A stretch of DNA of 64,000 bases, taken from contig DPDG01000062.1 in the NCBI GenBank assembly GCA_003526375.1, positions 24,568 to 88,567 on the forward strand. The letters are read 5' to 3'. The notes beneath the pieces were generated by a model. The model saw only the letters and a program-made list of their open reading frames with translations. It did no database searches and was not told the DNA's origin. How positions within the stretch are numbered: the first letter of the stretch is position 1; every line of letters begins with the position of its first letter. Shown here one piece after another: positions 28,790 through 38,362 of the stretch. The DNA comes from Lentisphaeria bacterium (GTDB lineage Bacteria; Verrucomicrobiota; Lentisphaeria; Victivallales; UBA1829). Position numbers and translations under genes: made by a program.

Positions 28790-28824
28790 GCCGGATATGG
28801 TATGGAAAACATATCCGGCTTTTT
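28790..28824 (+). terminator. Intrinsic terminator
   Basis: GCCGGATATG (28790-28799) / CATATCCGGC (28810-28819), followed by TTTTT. Confidence 0.7.
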
Positions 28825-28850
28825 CATTTTCACCCCCGCAGAAAAACATC

Positions 28851-30542
28851 TTACAGCCGGAAAATGGCGCCGATCTTGCGTCCGAGCAGGATTCCCGCCG
28901 CGCCAAGCGTCGCCGCCATGAATGCCATCGTCCAGACGCCGAACGCACACGCCGTAACCGGGCCCGCCCCGAGAATCATCGAGAGTTCGAAAATCGCACG
29001 TGTGATCGGGAAGAACTCCGCTTTCTGCGCAAGAATCAGGGAGTCGGAAACCTCCAGCATCGAGAAGCTGAACGCAAACAGCCCTCCGACCACGATGTTG
29101 GCGGTAATCAGGGGAAGCGTCACCCGCCGCAAGGTCTGGAACGCATTCGCGCCAAGATTGCGCGAGGCGAATTCCAGTTCTTCGGGAGTCTGTTCCAGCC
29201 CCGCCGTCACGGAACGCACCACATACGGCAGACGCCGGATCGCATAAGCCGCCGCCAGCAGAAGCAGGGGATTGTCAACAGGATTGAACAATTCATGCGC
29301 CCAGGAATATTTCACGGACATGCCGAGGTATCCGAACGCAATTACGATTCCCGGCACCGCAAGCGGCGTCATGGCAAGAATATCCAGAATGAAAGCGCCG
29401 CGGAAACGCCAGCGGACCACGATCAGGGAAAGCAGGATTCCCACCGCCAGGGCGAAAAGCATCGCAAGCGAGGAATACTTGAGGCTGTTCACAATACTCG
29501 GCAGGACAATCTTATGCGACAGCGCATTGTCGAAATGCAGAAAAGTCAGATGCTCCGGCAGAACCGTCCCATACCAGTTGCGGGAAACCGCAGTCAGAAT
29601 CAGCGCGATATGAGGGGAAACGGCGGCAAGCGTCATCGCAAGGAACGCCAGCGGGGCAAGAATCTTCCTGAATCCGCGCGCGGAAACGGCGGACGAGGAG
29701 GCGTGTCCCTTGACTGCGGAAGCGGCTCCGCCCGAAGCCAGGGCAAGGCGGGACAGCAGGTACATGATCAGCGCCAGCCCCAGCATCACGACAACCAGCG
29801 TGTAAGGCAGAGGATTCGTCTCCAGCTCCGTAATCCCGTTGAACACCTGCACTGCCGTTGTACGCGTGTAGCCGAACATCAGCGGCGTCCCGAGTTCCGT
29901 GAAACTCCAGATCAGGACAATACTCCCTCCGGCGAGAATCCCCGGTTTCAGAAGCGGAACCGTAATCCGGCGCAGCCGGTACCAGCGTCCGGCGCCCAGA
30001 TTCTTCGCCGCCTCGTTCATCGCCGGGTCAATATTTCCGAGCGACGTCACCAGATTCAGGTAAAGGATCGGGTACAGATGCAGGGCCTCAATGAAACAGA
30101 TCGACCAGAAACGGCCGTTCCCGCCGAGAAAGTCGATCCGCTCCAGCCCGAAATTCACGAGAATCGTATTGATTACGCCATAGTGTCCGAGAATCTGCAT
30201 GAACCCGAGCGCACCGACGAACGGCGGCAGGATCATCGGAAGCATCATTGCAAGATTGCAGACGCCCTTCCCCGGAAAGTCCAGCTTGTCATAAATCAAG
30301 GCAAGCGGCAGAGAGATCAGAAACACAAGAAAGGTCGTTACGACTGCCAGCAGAAACGAATTCAACAGTCCTTCCATGTAAAGGGGATTGCGGAAGACTT
30401 CGCAGATCAGGTTCCAGCGGAGCCCCTCCTCCACCACAGTGTAAATCGGCAGAAGCAGGAAAACGGCGAAGAAGGCGACGATCAACGCAACGGTCAACAG
30501 TTTCAGAAATTTCGTGTTCATCTCATTTCCCCACCTTCGCAA
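28851..30542 (-). CDS. ABC transporter permease, two fused BPD-type transmembrane domains (FbpB/ThiP-like)
   Basis: 563 aa, about 12 TM segments, with two EAA-like loops (NEAAKNLGAGRW..., LEFASRNLGANAF...). Confidence 0.85.
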   Translation of the reverse strand: MRRWGNEMNTKFLKLLTVALIVAFFAVFLLLPIYTVVEEGLRWNLICEVFRNPLYMEGLLNSFLLAVVTTFLVFLISLPLALIYDKLDFPGKGVCNLAMMLPMILPPFVGALGFMQILGHYGVINTILVNFGLERIDFLGGNGRFWSICFIEALHLYPILYLNLVTSLGNIDPAMNEAAKNLGAGRWYRLRRITVPLLKPGILAGGSIVLIWSFTELGTPLMFGYTRTTAVQVFNGITELETNPLPYTLVVVMLGLALIMYLLSRLALASGGAASAVKGHASSSAVSARGFRKILAPLAFLAMTLAAVSPHIALILTAVSRNWYGTVLPEHLTFLHFDNALSHKIVLPSIVNSLKYSSLAMLFALAVGILLSLIVVRWRFRGAFILDILAMTPLAVPGIVIAFGYLGMSVKYSWAHELFNPVDNPLLLLAAAYAIRRLPYVVRSVTAGLEQTPEELEFASRNLGANAFQTLRRVTLPLITANIVVGGLFAFSFSMLEVSDSLILAQKAEFFPITRAIFELSMILGAGPVTACAFGVWTMAFMAATLGAAGILLGRKIGAIFRL

Positions 30543-32163
30543 GAGACGCCGCTTTCAAATACTGCTTCCGCGCCTCCCCGCTCCACTTCCGGCAGACTTC
30601 CGCGACATCCACGGCGGAACGTGTGCCGGAAGTCTGAAGCGACGCCGCGGCGGCCGCCGCCTCACGGTAGGCAAACGGCAGCCGGTTGAACTCCGCCATC
30701 GCCTGCGGAACAGCCTTCGGGCCGCCGGCTTTGATGATCTCGCGCCACGCATAACGCAGTTCGTCCTGCACATCCAGCGTCAGACAGCGGATCAGAATGC
30801 GGATCATGCTGAAATAACGTCCGGTCCATTCGGGATGATAGGTAAAGGAAAGACCGGACCTGTAGGGATAATAATCGGGATCGGCGCGCAAATCCCTGTA
30901 TCTGTCTTCGTAAAGATCCATGCGGACGGGAGACCGGCGCAGAGCGTATTTCCGCGGACCTCCCGGAGTTCCGAGCTTGAAATCCAGCAGCTTCTGTCCT
31001 TCGAGTCCGATCATGAAATCAAGAAACGCATGTGCGACCTTCCTGTTCGGCGCCCCGCGCAGAAGCTGAATCGGGTCTGCGGAAACCGCCGTTCCCCCTT
31101 CGGGAGCGACATAGAAGATCACAGGCTTCCCGCCCATTTGAAATGCGTTCCATTCCTGTTCCGTCAGTCCGTAGAAGTCAATCGCCATGCCGACCGCCGC
31201 CGCACCGGAGGCAACGTCGCGCGTGACTTTGCCCGCGCTGTCCGTGATCGTGCGGGTATTCCCCATGATGCGTTTGATCAGATTCATGCCGTCCGCCCAT
31301 CCTCTGTCAAGGTGTTCAGGCTGCGGCTTCATTCCGGCAGGAACCGCCTCATGCATCGCCTGCTGGAGAATCGTCTCGTAACACTTGTTCGCGGAACCTG
31401 ATTTCGTCGGGTCGGCAGTGACCACTGTATTGAAAAATTCCGGTCTGCCCAGATCGCTCCAGCGCTTCGGGGGAACCGCGCCAAGCCCGGCAAGTTCCTT
31501 CAGACGGTCCGCATTGTAACAGATGCCGAAGCTTGCAAGACACACGCCGTAATAGCGCCCTCCGGCGTCATAGATCACATCGCCTCCGAATTTCTGCGGT
31601 ATCACATCCGGCTTGAAATATTCGGGATGACGCGCCTGAAGCCCGCCGTCCACGGCAAAACCGCGCGAAGCCTGTTTCCCCTGATCGTAGGTGCCGCCTC
31701 CCGCAAACAGGTCGATCCCGATTCCGACTTCGGACTCCAGGAACTTCCTGCGTGCAAGTTTCGCTTCGGCATCCGCGTGAATGTCGGAATCGACTTTCGG
31801 ATTGCTGTAGGAGGAAGCAATGTGCGCATTCCATTCGGGATTGGACTTATCGCTGTTCCAGTAATGCCGGAACTCCGCTTCAAAGCGGTCGGCGATATAG
31901 CGGACAATGTCCGAGGTGCCGCCGGGAGCGCGCCAGTCCACCACGACATCGCGTCCGTATTTTTCCCTGTAATACTTCCGGAACCCCTGTTCCAGTTCAT
32001 GCTTCATCGGTCCGCTGTGGGCGCTGATGATGACCACGGTATCGGCTTCATCGGTATTCGTTTTAACGCCGCCCGCATCCTTGCGCAGCAGAAACGGCAG
32101 AGCCAGCACAGCCAGCAGAAGCAGAATCGCAAAAATAATCCGGTATTTCATCGTGTCCGTCAA
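30523..32163 (-). CDS. ABC transporter substrate-binding protein (family 1 type), membrane-anchored
   Basis: N-terminal TM/signal anchor (YRIIFAILLLLAVLALPFLL). Solute-binding-like sequence. Located between the ATPase and the permease and overlapping both. Confidence 0.75.
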   Translation of the reverse strand: MTDTMKYRIIFAILLLLAVLALPFLLRKDAGGVKTNTDEADTVVIISAHSGPMKHELEQGFRKYYREKYGRDVVVDWRAPGGTSDIVRYIADRFEAEFRHYWNSDKSNPEWNAHIASSYSNPKVDSDIHADAEAKLARRKFLESEVGIGIDLFAGGGTYDQGKQASRGFAVDGGLQARHPEYFKPDVIPQKFGGDVIYDAGGRYYGVCLASFGICYNADRLKELAGLGAVPPKRWSDLGRPEFFNTVVTADPTKSGSANKCYETILQQAMHEAVPAGMKPQPEHLDRGWADGMNLIKRIMGNTRTITDSAGKVTRDVASGAAAVGMAIDFYGLTEQEWNAFQMGGKPVIFYVAPEGGTAVSADPIQLLRGAPNRKVAHAFLDFMIGLEGQKLLDFKLGTPGGPRKYALRRSPVRMDLYEDRYRDLRADPDYYPYRSGLSFTYHPEWTGRYFSMIRILIRCLTLDVQDELRYAWREIIKAGGPKAVPQAMAEFNRLPFAYREAAAAAASLQTSGTRSAVDVAEVCRKWSGEARKQYLKAASLAKVGK

Positions 32164-33215
32164 TCCTCAAGAAGAATGATGTTCTGCGGCAGAACCGACA
32201 ATGTATACCGTTTCCCCGCCTCGCGCAATTCGGAGGAATCCTCGTTCACATCCAGAATCCTGCCGTTCTCCGTACGGAACTTGAGCTCACAGCGTTCGCC
32301 GAGAAACGTCCCGGACAGGTATTCCGCCTCGAAACGGTTTGCGGAAGGAGCCGTCGAGTTCACGCTGATGTTTTCTGGGCGGATCAGGACCGTCCGTCCT
32401 TTTTTCAGCTCAACATGCGAAGAATAAAGCACGCCGATCTCCGATCTGATCCGCAGCATTGCATTCTCCTCGCCGTCCACCACCCCTTCCAGCAGGTTGA
32501 CATCCCCCAGAAACGAGGCTGCAAAACGGGAACGGGGCTTTTTATAAAGCTCCACCGGCGAACCGGTCTGTTGAATCGCTCCCCGGTCAAGCAGGGCAAT
32601 CCGGTCGCCCATGCTCAAAGCCTCGCGGCGGTCGTGCGTCACATAAATCGCGGTCAGCGAGCGCTCCCGGCAGATACGTGCAATCTCGCTGCGCATTTCG
32701 TCACGCAGTTTCGCGTCCAGATTCGAAAGCGGCTCGTCCAGCAGAAGCACCTGCGGATCAACGGCTATCGCACGCGCCAGCGCAATTCTCTGCTGCTGTC
32801 CGCCGGAGAGCGACGGGACTCTGCGGTCCGCAAAATCCGACATGCGGACCAGCGCCAGCGACTCCGCGACTTTCTCATCAATCACTTTTTTCGGCACTCC
32901 GGCGGCGCGCAGTCCGAATGCCACATTTTCAAACACAGACAGGTGCGGCCACAATGCATAATTCTGGAAAACCATCGCCGCCTGCCGTTTTTCCGGCGGC
33001 AGAGAGGTGATGTCGCGATCATCGAAAAAGATCGAACCGGAGTCCGGTTCCACGATACCGGCAAGAATCCGGAGCAGAGTGGATTTCCCGCATCCGGAGG
33101 GTCCGAGCAGGAAAAAGAGCTCCCCTTTTCCGATTTCAAGGTCAAGCGGCAGAAGAACGGGCGTCCCCTTCTGGTAGGATTTGGAAATTCCCGATATTTT
33201 TACTGAAGCAGGCAT
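32160..33215 (-). CDS. ABC transporter ATP-binding protein (PotA/FbpC-like)
   Basis: Walker A GPSGCGKST, signature LSGGQQQR, Walker B LLLDEP, plus a C-terminal TOBE-like extension. Confidence 0.95.
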   Translation of the reverse strand: MPASVKISGISKSYQKGTPVLLPLDLEIGKGELFFLLGPSGCGKSTLLRILAGIVEPDSGSIFFDDRDITSLPPEKRQAAMVFQNYALWPHLSVFENVAFGLRAAGVPKKVIDEKVAESLALVRMSDFADRRVPSLSGGQQQRIALARAIAVDPQVLLLDEPLSNLDAKLRDEMRSEIARICRERSLTAIYVTHDRREALSMGDRIALLDRGAIQQTGSPVELYKKPRSRFAASFLGDVNLLEGVVDGEENAMLRIRSEIGVLYSSHVELKKGRTVLIRPENISVNSTAPSANRFEAEYLSGTFLGERCELKFRTENGRILDVNEDSSELREAGKRYTLSVLPQNIILLED

Positions 33216-33227
33216 AGGCAGAGTTTC

Positions 33228-33251
33228 AAGTTATAAGTTATAAGTTATAAG
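33228..33251. repeat. Tandem heptamer (AAGTTAT x3 plus a partial unit) directly upstream of the ABC operon start
   Basis: Read directly: AAGTTAT AAGTTAT AAGTTAT AAG. On the gene strand this gives three overlapping TATAAC -10-like boxes, 13-35 nt from the ATG at 33215. Confidence 0.9.
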
Positions 33252-33373
33252 GGTGATATAATGTAGTGCAAAAGCGGTTCTTTTAAAGAGCTGAAAATAA
33301 AATCTTGCAAGATAAAAAAACAGGCAGTTCCTACGGGACGGCAGATCAAAAGCGGACCCCCGAAACAAAAAAA

Positions 33374-33397
33374 GCATCCGCTCCTGTGGAGGGATGC
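33374..33397. terminator. Bidirectional intrinsic terminator at the end of the polysaccharide locus
   Basis: GCATCC / GGATGC stem flanked by an A-run (33366-33373) and a T-run (33399-33404). Confidence 0.6.
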
Positions 33398-33423
33398 CTT
33401 TTTTCCAGATTCAAAGGGAGAGA

Positions 33424-34179
33424 CTACTGTTTTTTTTCTGCTTCGGCGGGAGGCGGAAGATACCGGTAGACACGAAGCTGCTTTTTTTTCCTGCGGTTGT
33501 GATACTGCCATGACAACAGTCTGCATTCACCATCCGCAAAAGCAAAAACAGTGGATGTCAGCGGCAAATCGCCGCTCCGTTCATCCACGAACACATACAC
33601 TGCATCAAACTTCTTTCCGTGATACGGCAATAACATACGCATCCGCGTCTCATCGACAGCCCCGGATTCCAGTTCTTCCAGCGGAATGACTTTCAAACCG
33701 GAATAATACTGATAACGTCTTTTATTGTCCGGTTCCGCGAGAATTACAGGGTTGGCAAACTTCACGGCATCCTGTTTCACAACCGCACAATTGTAAGGGA
33801 TATAATCCGCATACGGATTTACATGAAGAATTTTCACAATGCAGGCTATGGACAATCCAATGATAAACAGCCACGGAACAATACGCCTCACCTTTTCCGG
33901 AACTTTCGGCACCAGTTTCAGGATATCTTCCAATTGAAAGCAAAAATAAACGCCGAAAATGATCGCCGGATAAATCAGGATCGATGCATAGCGGGATGAG
34001 ATGATATGGATGACAAGCCGCCAGCCAATCATGAAAACAACAGAACAAGCCACGAACCAGAAAAGATTATTGCGCTTTTTCCAGAAGTAAATGAGCGCAG
34101 TGATGATTCCCAGAACAGCCGCAACCGCAACCGGCTCAAATAAAATACGGGGAATCAGCCTGAAAAATACAGCAGTCAT
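33424..34179 (-). CDS. Membrane protein (about 4 TM plus a soluble C-terminal domain), hypothetical
   Basis: Hydrophobic N-terminal half. ATGA overlap with the upstream membrane-protein gene. Confidence 0.5.
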   Translation of the reverse strand: MTAVFFRLIPRILFEPVAVAAVLGIITALIYFWKKRNNLFWFVACSVVFMIGWRLVIHIISSRYASILIYPAIIFGVYFCFQLEDILKLVPKVPEKVRRIVPWLFIIGLSIACIVKILHVNPYADYIPYNCAVVKQDAVKFANPVILAEPDNKRRYQYYSGLKVIPLEELESGAVDETRMRMLLPYHGKKFDAVYVFVDERSGDLPLTSTVFAFADGECRLLSWQYHNRRKKKQLRVYRYLPPPAEAEKKQ

Positions 34180-35045
34180 TTAAGAATGTTTTCCTTACAG
34201 AACTTTTTCTCTATATTTTTCCACTTTACCAGATAATACTTTCCATAGCTTTTATATAAATGATCCTCCGCCCCCATTGCCGATATCAGCAGGCATACGG
34301 TGACAACAAAAGCGGCGGACAGGGAAAAACAGCAAATCAACAGCTTCTTCCAGTCCATTGTCTTCCGGCATATGGCAATTCCCCAGCAGATGCCTGCCAG
34401 CGGGAAAAATTCCAAAGTCTCATACCGGGTGAGAAATGCCATGCCAAGAAATACGCCGGTGATCCCCCATAAATACCACTTCTGTCTCCGAATGCAGAAG
34501 ATCAGAAGGCAGATCACCAATCCGGCAAAAAACAGATAAACCGTGTCGCGCAGCGGTTCGACCGCCAACTCTATCATAGGCGGATTCAGAGCAATCAGCA
34601 AAGCAGACGCCAACGCGATACGCCTGCTGCGGCAGACTTCATTTGCAATCAGATAGATGATACCCGGCAGAAGGCTCCCCAGAAAAATGTTGACGCCCAC
34701 ACCCGAAAGATAAGCGGAAAAACCGCACTTCATCACCAGCAGCATCAAGTACAGGGGAAAAGGCGGAATCCAAAATTCAGGCCAATGCTTCAAGACCCCG
34801 TCCAGTGATCCGGTGTCATGCCATACCTGAATCAGCTCAAGATACAGGCAGCCGTCACGGGAAAGCGCCGGTTCCAGCCGCAAGCTCAACAGACGGACGG
34901 CAAGCGCCAGAAGCCCAATCAGCGCCAGCAGAAAGGATGTTTGAAAAGAAGTCAATTCCTTTTCCGGGTGGAACAGCAGGCATACCCGTTTCAGAAACGT
35001 TCCTCCTCTTTCGTTATGTTTTGACGGCAGAGTATCCATATTCAT
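34176..35045 (-). CDS. Polytopic membrane protein, possibly GT-C/ArnT-PMT-like (N-terminal-half-like)
   Basis: Seven or more TM segments. The first loop, LRLEPALSRDGCLYLELIQVW, is reminiscent of GT39/ArnT-type enzymes. The start was trimmed to MNMDTLPS to avoid the upstream gene. Confidence 0.45.
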   Translation of the reverse strand: MNMDTLPSKHNERGGTFLKRVCLLFHPEKELTSFQTSFLLALIGLLALAVRLLSLRLEPALSRDGCLYLELIQVWHDTGSLDGVLKHWPEFWIPPFPLYLMLLVMKCGFSAYLSGVGVNIFLGSLLPGIIYLIANEVCRSRRIALASALLIALNPPMIELAVEPLRDTVYLFFAGLVICLLIFCIRRQKWYLWGITGVFLGMAFLTRYETLEFFPLAGICWGIAICRKTMDWKKLLICCFSLSAAFVVTVCLLISAMGAEDHLYKSYGKYYLVKWKNIEKKFCKENILK

Positions 35046-35052
35046 AACCGGT

Positions 35053-36096
35053 TTATATGCGTCCGCCGCAGATGACACCCAGAAGACGCGGAAAAAGTTT
35101 TCTGAATATTTCGAAGATCAGCAGAGAAATCCCGATACACAGCAGCGGACAGAGCAAAGTTCCGATGACAATCCCGCAAGCCGAAGCAGGAATGAAAAGA
35201 AAAAACATCTTGACAATCAGGACAATCAGAACAGCATGAATGCCGAAAATAAAGAATACGCCTGTTTTCAAATACCGGAAAAATCTTGACATCCAGGGAA
35301 TGCGATATAAAAAAGCCGACAGGCAATAGACGCTCGGAATTCCCGACAGAATAACGGCAAGTCGCATCCCCCCTGTCCGGTTCAAAGCCAGAATGGACAA
35401 GAAGAGGAACAGCACGGAAAGAAATCGGCAATAATGATTTTTCCACGAAATGCGGCGCACGATGTCAAGCCGGGCAAGAATGCCTCCGGCAAGCAGGAAA
35501 AACAATCCGCCCCCGATATGCCGGGAACAGATGAAAAAGATACTGATCAAGCACAGAAACACACCCAGCGGCAGACGGAAAAGCAGATACAGCAGAGGAG
35601 TCAGTGCCGCATAGAGAAATAAATTACGTATGAACCAGAATTGATAAGCAATCGGCTTCTCTGTCACGCCGAACAGAAGATCCAACACCATCAGCGGGCT
35701 TCGCCCTGCGAATTTGTCATTTGTGAAAAAAGCTGATATTCCGGGTATTTTCGGGGCAAGCCAATACAGCAGAAAAACCGCAAGATTCCAAAACAGATAA
35801 GGAATCACTAAAGAGAACACCCGTTTTTTCAGGAGCCCGGCATATTGCCCCGGAGAGCCGTCATAACTCCGGAACAGCCAGCAGCCGGAGATCACAAAAA
35901 AGCCGGGGACACAGACGGAGGGCAGAATGACCTGGAAAAAGTAACGGAAATCATGGAGCCAGGCAGGCGCATCCGGCGGCACCTCAATCTGGCAGTGGAT
36001 GCAGACAATCCCCAAAATCAGCAGACAGCGGCAGATGTCCACAGTCTGCGAAGTGGCTTCATCGACGCTCCCCGTAACGGGAGTATCGACTTTCAT
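35053..36096 (-). CDS. Acyltransferase family 3 (O-acyltransferase) membrane protein
   Basis: About 10 TM segments. ...CRCLLILGIVCIHCQ... and the overall pattern are typical of Acyl_transf_3. The start was trimmed to MKVDTP to clear the upstream glycosyltransferase. Confidence 0.7.
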   Translation of the reverse strand: MKVDTPVTGSVDEATSQTVDICRCLLILGIVCIHCQIEVPPDAPAWLHDFRYFFQVILPSVCVPGFFVISGCWLFRSYDGSPGQYAGLLKKRVFSLVIPYLFWNLAVFLLYWLAPKIPGISAFFTNDKFAGRSPLMVLDLLFGVTEKPIAYQFWFIRNLFLYAALTPLLYLLFRLPLGVFLCLISIFFICSRHIGGGLFFLLAGGILARLDIVRRISWKNHYCRFLSVLFLFLSILALNRTGGMRLAVILSGIPSVYCLSAFLYRIPWMSRFFRYLKTGVFFIFGIHAVLIVLIVKMFFLFIPASACGIVIGTLLCPLLCIGISLLIFEIFRKLFPRLLGVICGGRI

Positions 36097-36109
36097 GCAC
36101 AGATAACGC

Positions 36110-37189
36110 CTAAAACAATTCCGCATAACATTGCCCGATCCGTTTCCATGTATAACGCCGCCCGGCAATTTCACGCATCGCATCTCCTATCTTCCGCCAC
36201 TCCGTAACCCGCTTCTCCCCGATGATCCTGAGCAGTTCTTCACTTGAAGCGAAATACAATGCCTTGTATTCTGTCGTTTCCTGATTGAAATTAACATCAA
36301 AGGCGGCAACGGGCAGTCCGAGATGCATCGCTTCAATCAGCGAGGGATTCGTCCCGCCGCAGGAATGCCCGTGGATATAGAGAATACAGTTGGAACGCAG
36401 TTCATTGAGTTTTTTCTGGTCATAAACAGGATCCAGCAGATGGATATTGCCATGTCCCCTGTATGTTTCATACAACTTCTGCCCGTATGCCCCTTTCGAC
36501 CAGTTCCCCACCATCACAAGAGGCAGGGAACATGAGGGGTCCGCAAAAGCCCGGAGCACCAGATGCACATTGTTTTCCGGTTCGATTCTGCAAACGCCGA
36601 AGGCGTAAGCATGACTCAGAAAGGGATATGCGGCAAGCGACGCAGCCGAAATCTTCTGCGGTTCCTGATGATCCGCGCCATATTCAATCAAGCTGCACGA
36701 ATGGTGATATTCCTGTTCGACATAATCCGAAATGACCTTATTGTCTCCGATGACATGATCGCAGAAACGGACAGCCGTTCTCTCGGAAAACTTCAGGAAG
36801 CTTTTGACCGGCGGATTCCATTTGGACCTGCGCCATTCAAGTCCGTCAATATTGACAATCAGCTTCTTTCTGCATCCGAACAGTTTCAGGAACGGCAGGA
36901 CGATACAGCCACCGACGCCCAGAATCAAAAGAACATCCGCAGATTTTAATGCCGACAGAATACTCCAGATGTCATAAGGAATGCTTTGAATCCCATTTGC
37001 ACGGAGAGGAATATATTTCAACTTCGCGCCATAAATCTCCGGCAGTTTCCGGGAATACGCTTTTGACGAACAATATACCGTAAATTCAAACTCCGAAGAC
37101 AATGTCCTGACCAGATTTTCAGCCAGGGTCTCAAAACCGCCATAACCGGCGGGAATTCCAACGGTACCGATAATCGCTACTTTTTTCAT
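36110..37189 (-). CDS. Glycosyltransferase with a DUF1972-type N-terminus (GT1/GT4 clan, rhamnosyltransferase-like)
   Basis: MKKVAIIGTVGIPAGYGGFETLAENLV is the characteristic DUF1972 start. The C-terminal part resembles a GT1 domain. Confidence 0.8.
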   Translation of the reverse strand: MKKVAIIGTVGIPAGYGGFETLAENLVRTLSSEFEFTVYCSSKAYSRKLPEIYGAKLKYIPLRANGIQSIPYDIWSILSALKSADVLLILGVGGCIVLPFLKLFGCRKKLIVNIDGLEWRRSKWNPPVKSFLKFSERTAVRFCDHVIGDNKVISDYVEQEYHHSCSLIEYGADHQEPQKISAASLAAYPFLSHAYAFGVCRIEPENNVHLVLRAFADPSCSLPLVMVGNWSKGAYGQKLYETYRGHGNIHLLDPVYDQKKLNELRSNCILYIHGHSCGGTNPSLIEAMHLGLPVAAFDVNFNQETTEYKALYFASSEELLRIIGEKRVTEWRKIGDAMREIAGRRYTWKRIGQCYAELF

Positions 37190-37209
37190 TGATATTCCGG
37201 GGGAAAAAT

Positions 37210-38334
37210 TTATGATTTGGCAGACAATACTTTTTCATATGCGGAAAGAGTCTGTTCCGCCGCCTTGCTCCAAGAGTAATCCGAAACGATCTTCCTGCGT
37301 AATTCCTGAGACGGCGGCGGCGCCTTCATCGCCATTCCGACAGCATTCCGGATACTCTCAAGATCATCCGGTTCACAATAATACGCATGATCTCCGAAAT
37401 ACTCCCTTACCGACCCCTTGTCCGTCACAACAATATTGCAGCCGGCATAAAGCGCTTCCAGGCTGACTAATCCGGGGGTCTCGATCCAACTGGTTAAAAC
37501 ATTGACGCGCGCAGTCAGCATCAACTCAAAAACAGTCCGCTGAGGCACCTGAGAGACAAATTCGGTATTGCCGCGTTTTTCAGCCAGTTCCCGCAATTTT
37601 CTGTAATATTTCCTGCTGTTGGGACCCGCCTGCCCGATAAAGACAATGCGGTAAGGCGTATGATAAACAGCTTTCAAAAAGTTAAGCTGATTTTTTCTCG
37701 CATCAATCCGCCCGACAAATGTAATGGTATCAGAGGCTTTATCAAAAGAAGACCCGCTCATGATCTGATCAAACAGCGTTACGTCAATGGCATTGTTGAC
37801 GACCGTATAGTTTTCCTGCCGGAGCCCCAGGCGCGAATTCAAGGCAGCCAGTTCCATCTCGGAATTCGGCAGCAGCCAGTCGACACTGCCCACAATCTCC
37901 TTCTGGCTGGCGATATAAGATTTTTTCAATCCCCGCAAATAAATGAGATTCCGCCTGAAAAGCAGTTTGAATGCAGCTTTCATATATTCAAATCCGTTAA
38001 TCCCGAAGAAACGGAAAATCAACCGCTGCATCCACGGCGCTCCATGGGCGGCATAATCATCAAAAGGCCAATAGATCGTGGAAAGAACCTTCGGAATCCT
38101 GACATTTCTCAACACGCTCAAATACTCCAGCAGGTCATAAGTCCACGTCAGATCCGTCAGATGAATCAGATCATACCGGGAAAAATCAATCTTCTCAAGA
38201 CTTGAGACCAAATCACAGGCAACGCCCAGCTTTTCCAGACCTTCAACCGTTTTCAAGATCTGAATCTGCGCTCCGCCGGGCGAGGAATAGAAATTATGCC
38301 TGACACAAAACAAGACTTTCATTGATTGATCCAT
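37210..38334 (-). CDS. Glycosyltransferase family 4-like
   Basis: C-terminal ...ETPGLVSLEALYAGCNIVVTDKGSVREYFGD is a GT4 E-x7-E-type region. Confidence 0.8.
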   Translation of the reverse strand: MDQSMKVLFCVRHNFYSSPGGAQIQILKTVEGLEKLGVACDLVSSLEKIDFSRYDLIHLTDLTWTYDLLEYLSVLRNVRIPKVLSTIYWPFDDYAAHGAPWMQRLIFRFFGINGFEYMKAAFKLLFRRNLIYLRGLKKSYIASQKEIVGSVDWLLPNSEMELAALNSRLGLRQENYTVVNNAIDVTLFDQIMSGSSFDKASDTITFVGRIDARKNQLNFLKAVYHTPYRIVFIGQAGPNSRKYYRKLRELAEKRGNTEFVSQVPQRTVFELMLTARVNVLTSWIETPGLVSLEALYAGCNIVVTDKGSVREYFGDHAYYCEPDDLESIRNAVGMAMKAPPPSQELRRKIVSDYSWSKAAEQTLSAYEKVLSAKS

Positions 38335-38362
38335 TCTTTTTTATCATATTTGAAAAACAATT

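Noticed and set aside
28683-30689. 668-aa ORF on the plus strand, extremely R/Q/H/P-rich
   Set aside because: It is antisense to the well-supported ABC permease gene. Its composition is typical of a shadow ORF in GC-rich coding DNA.
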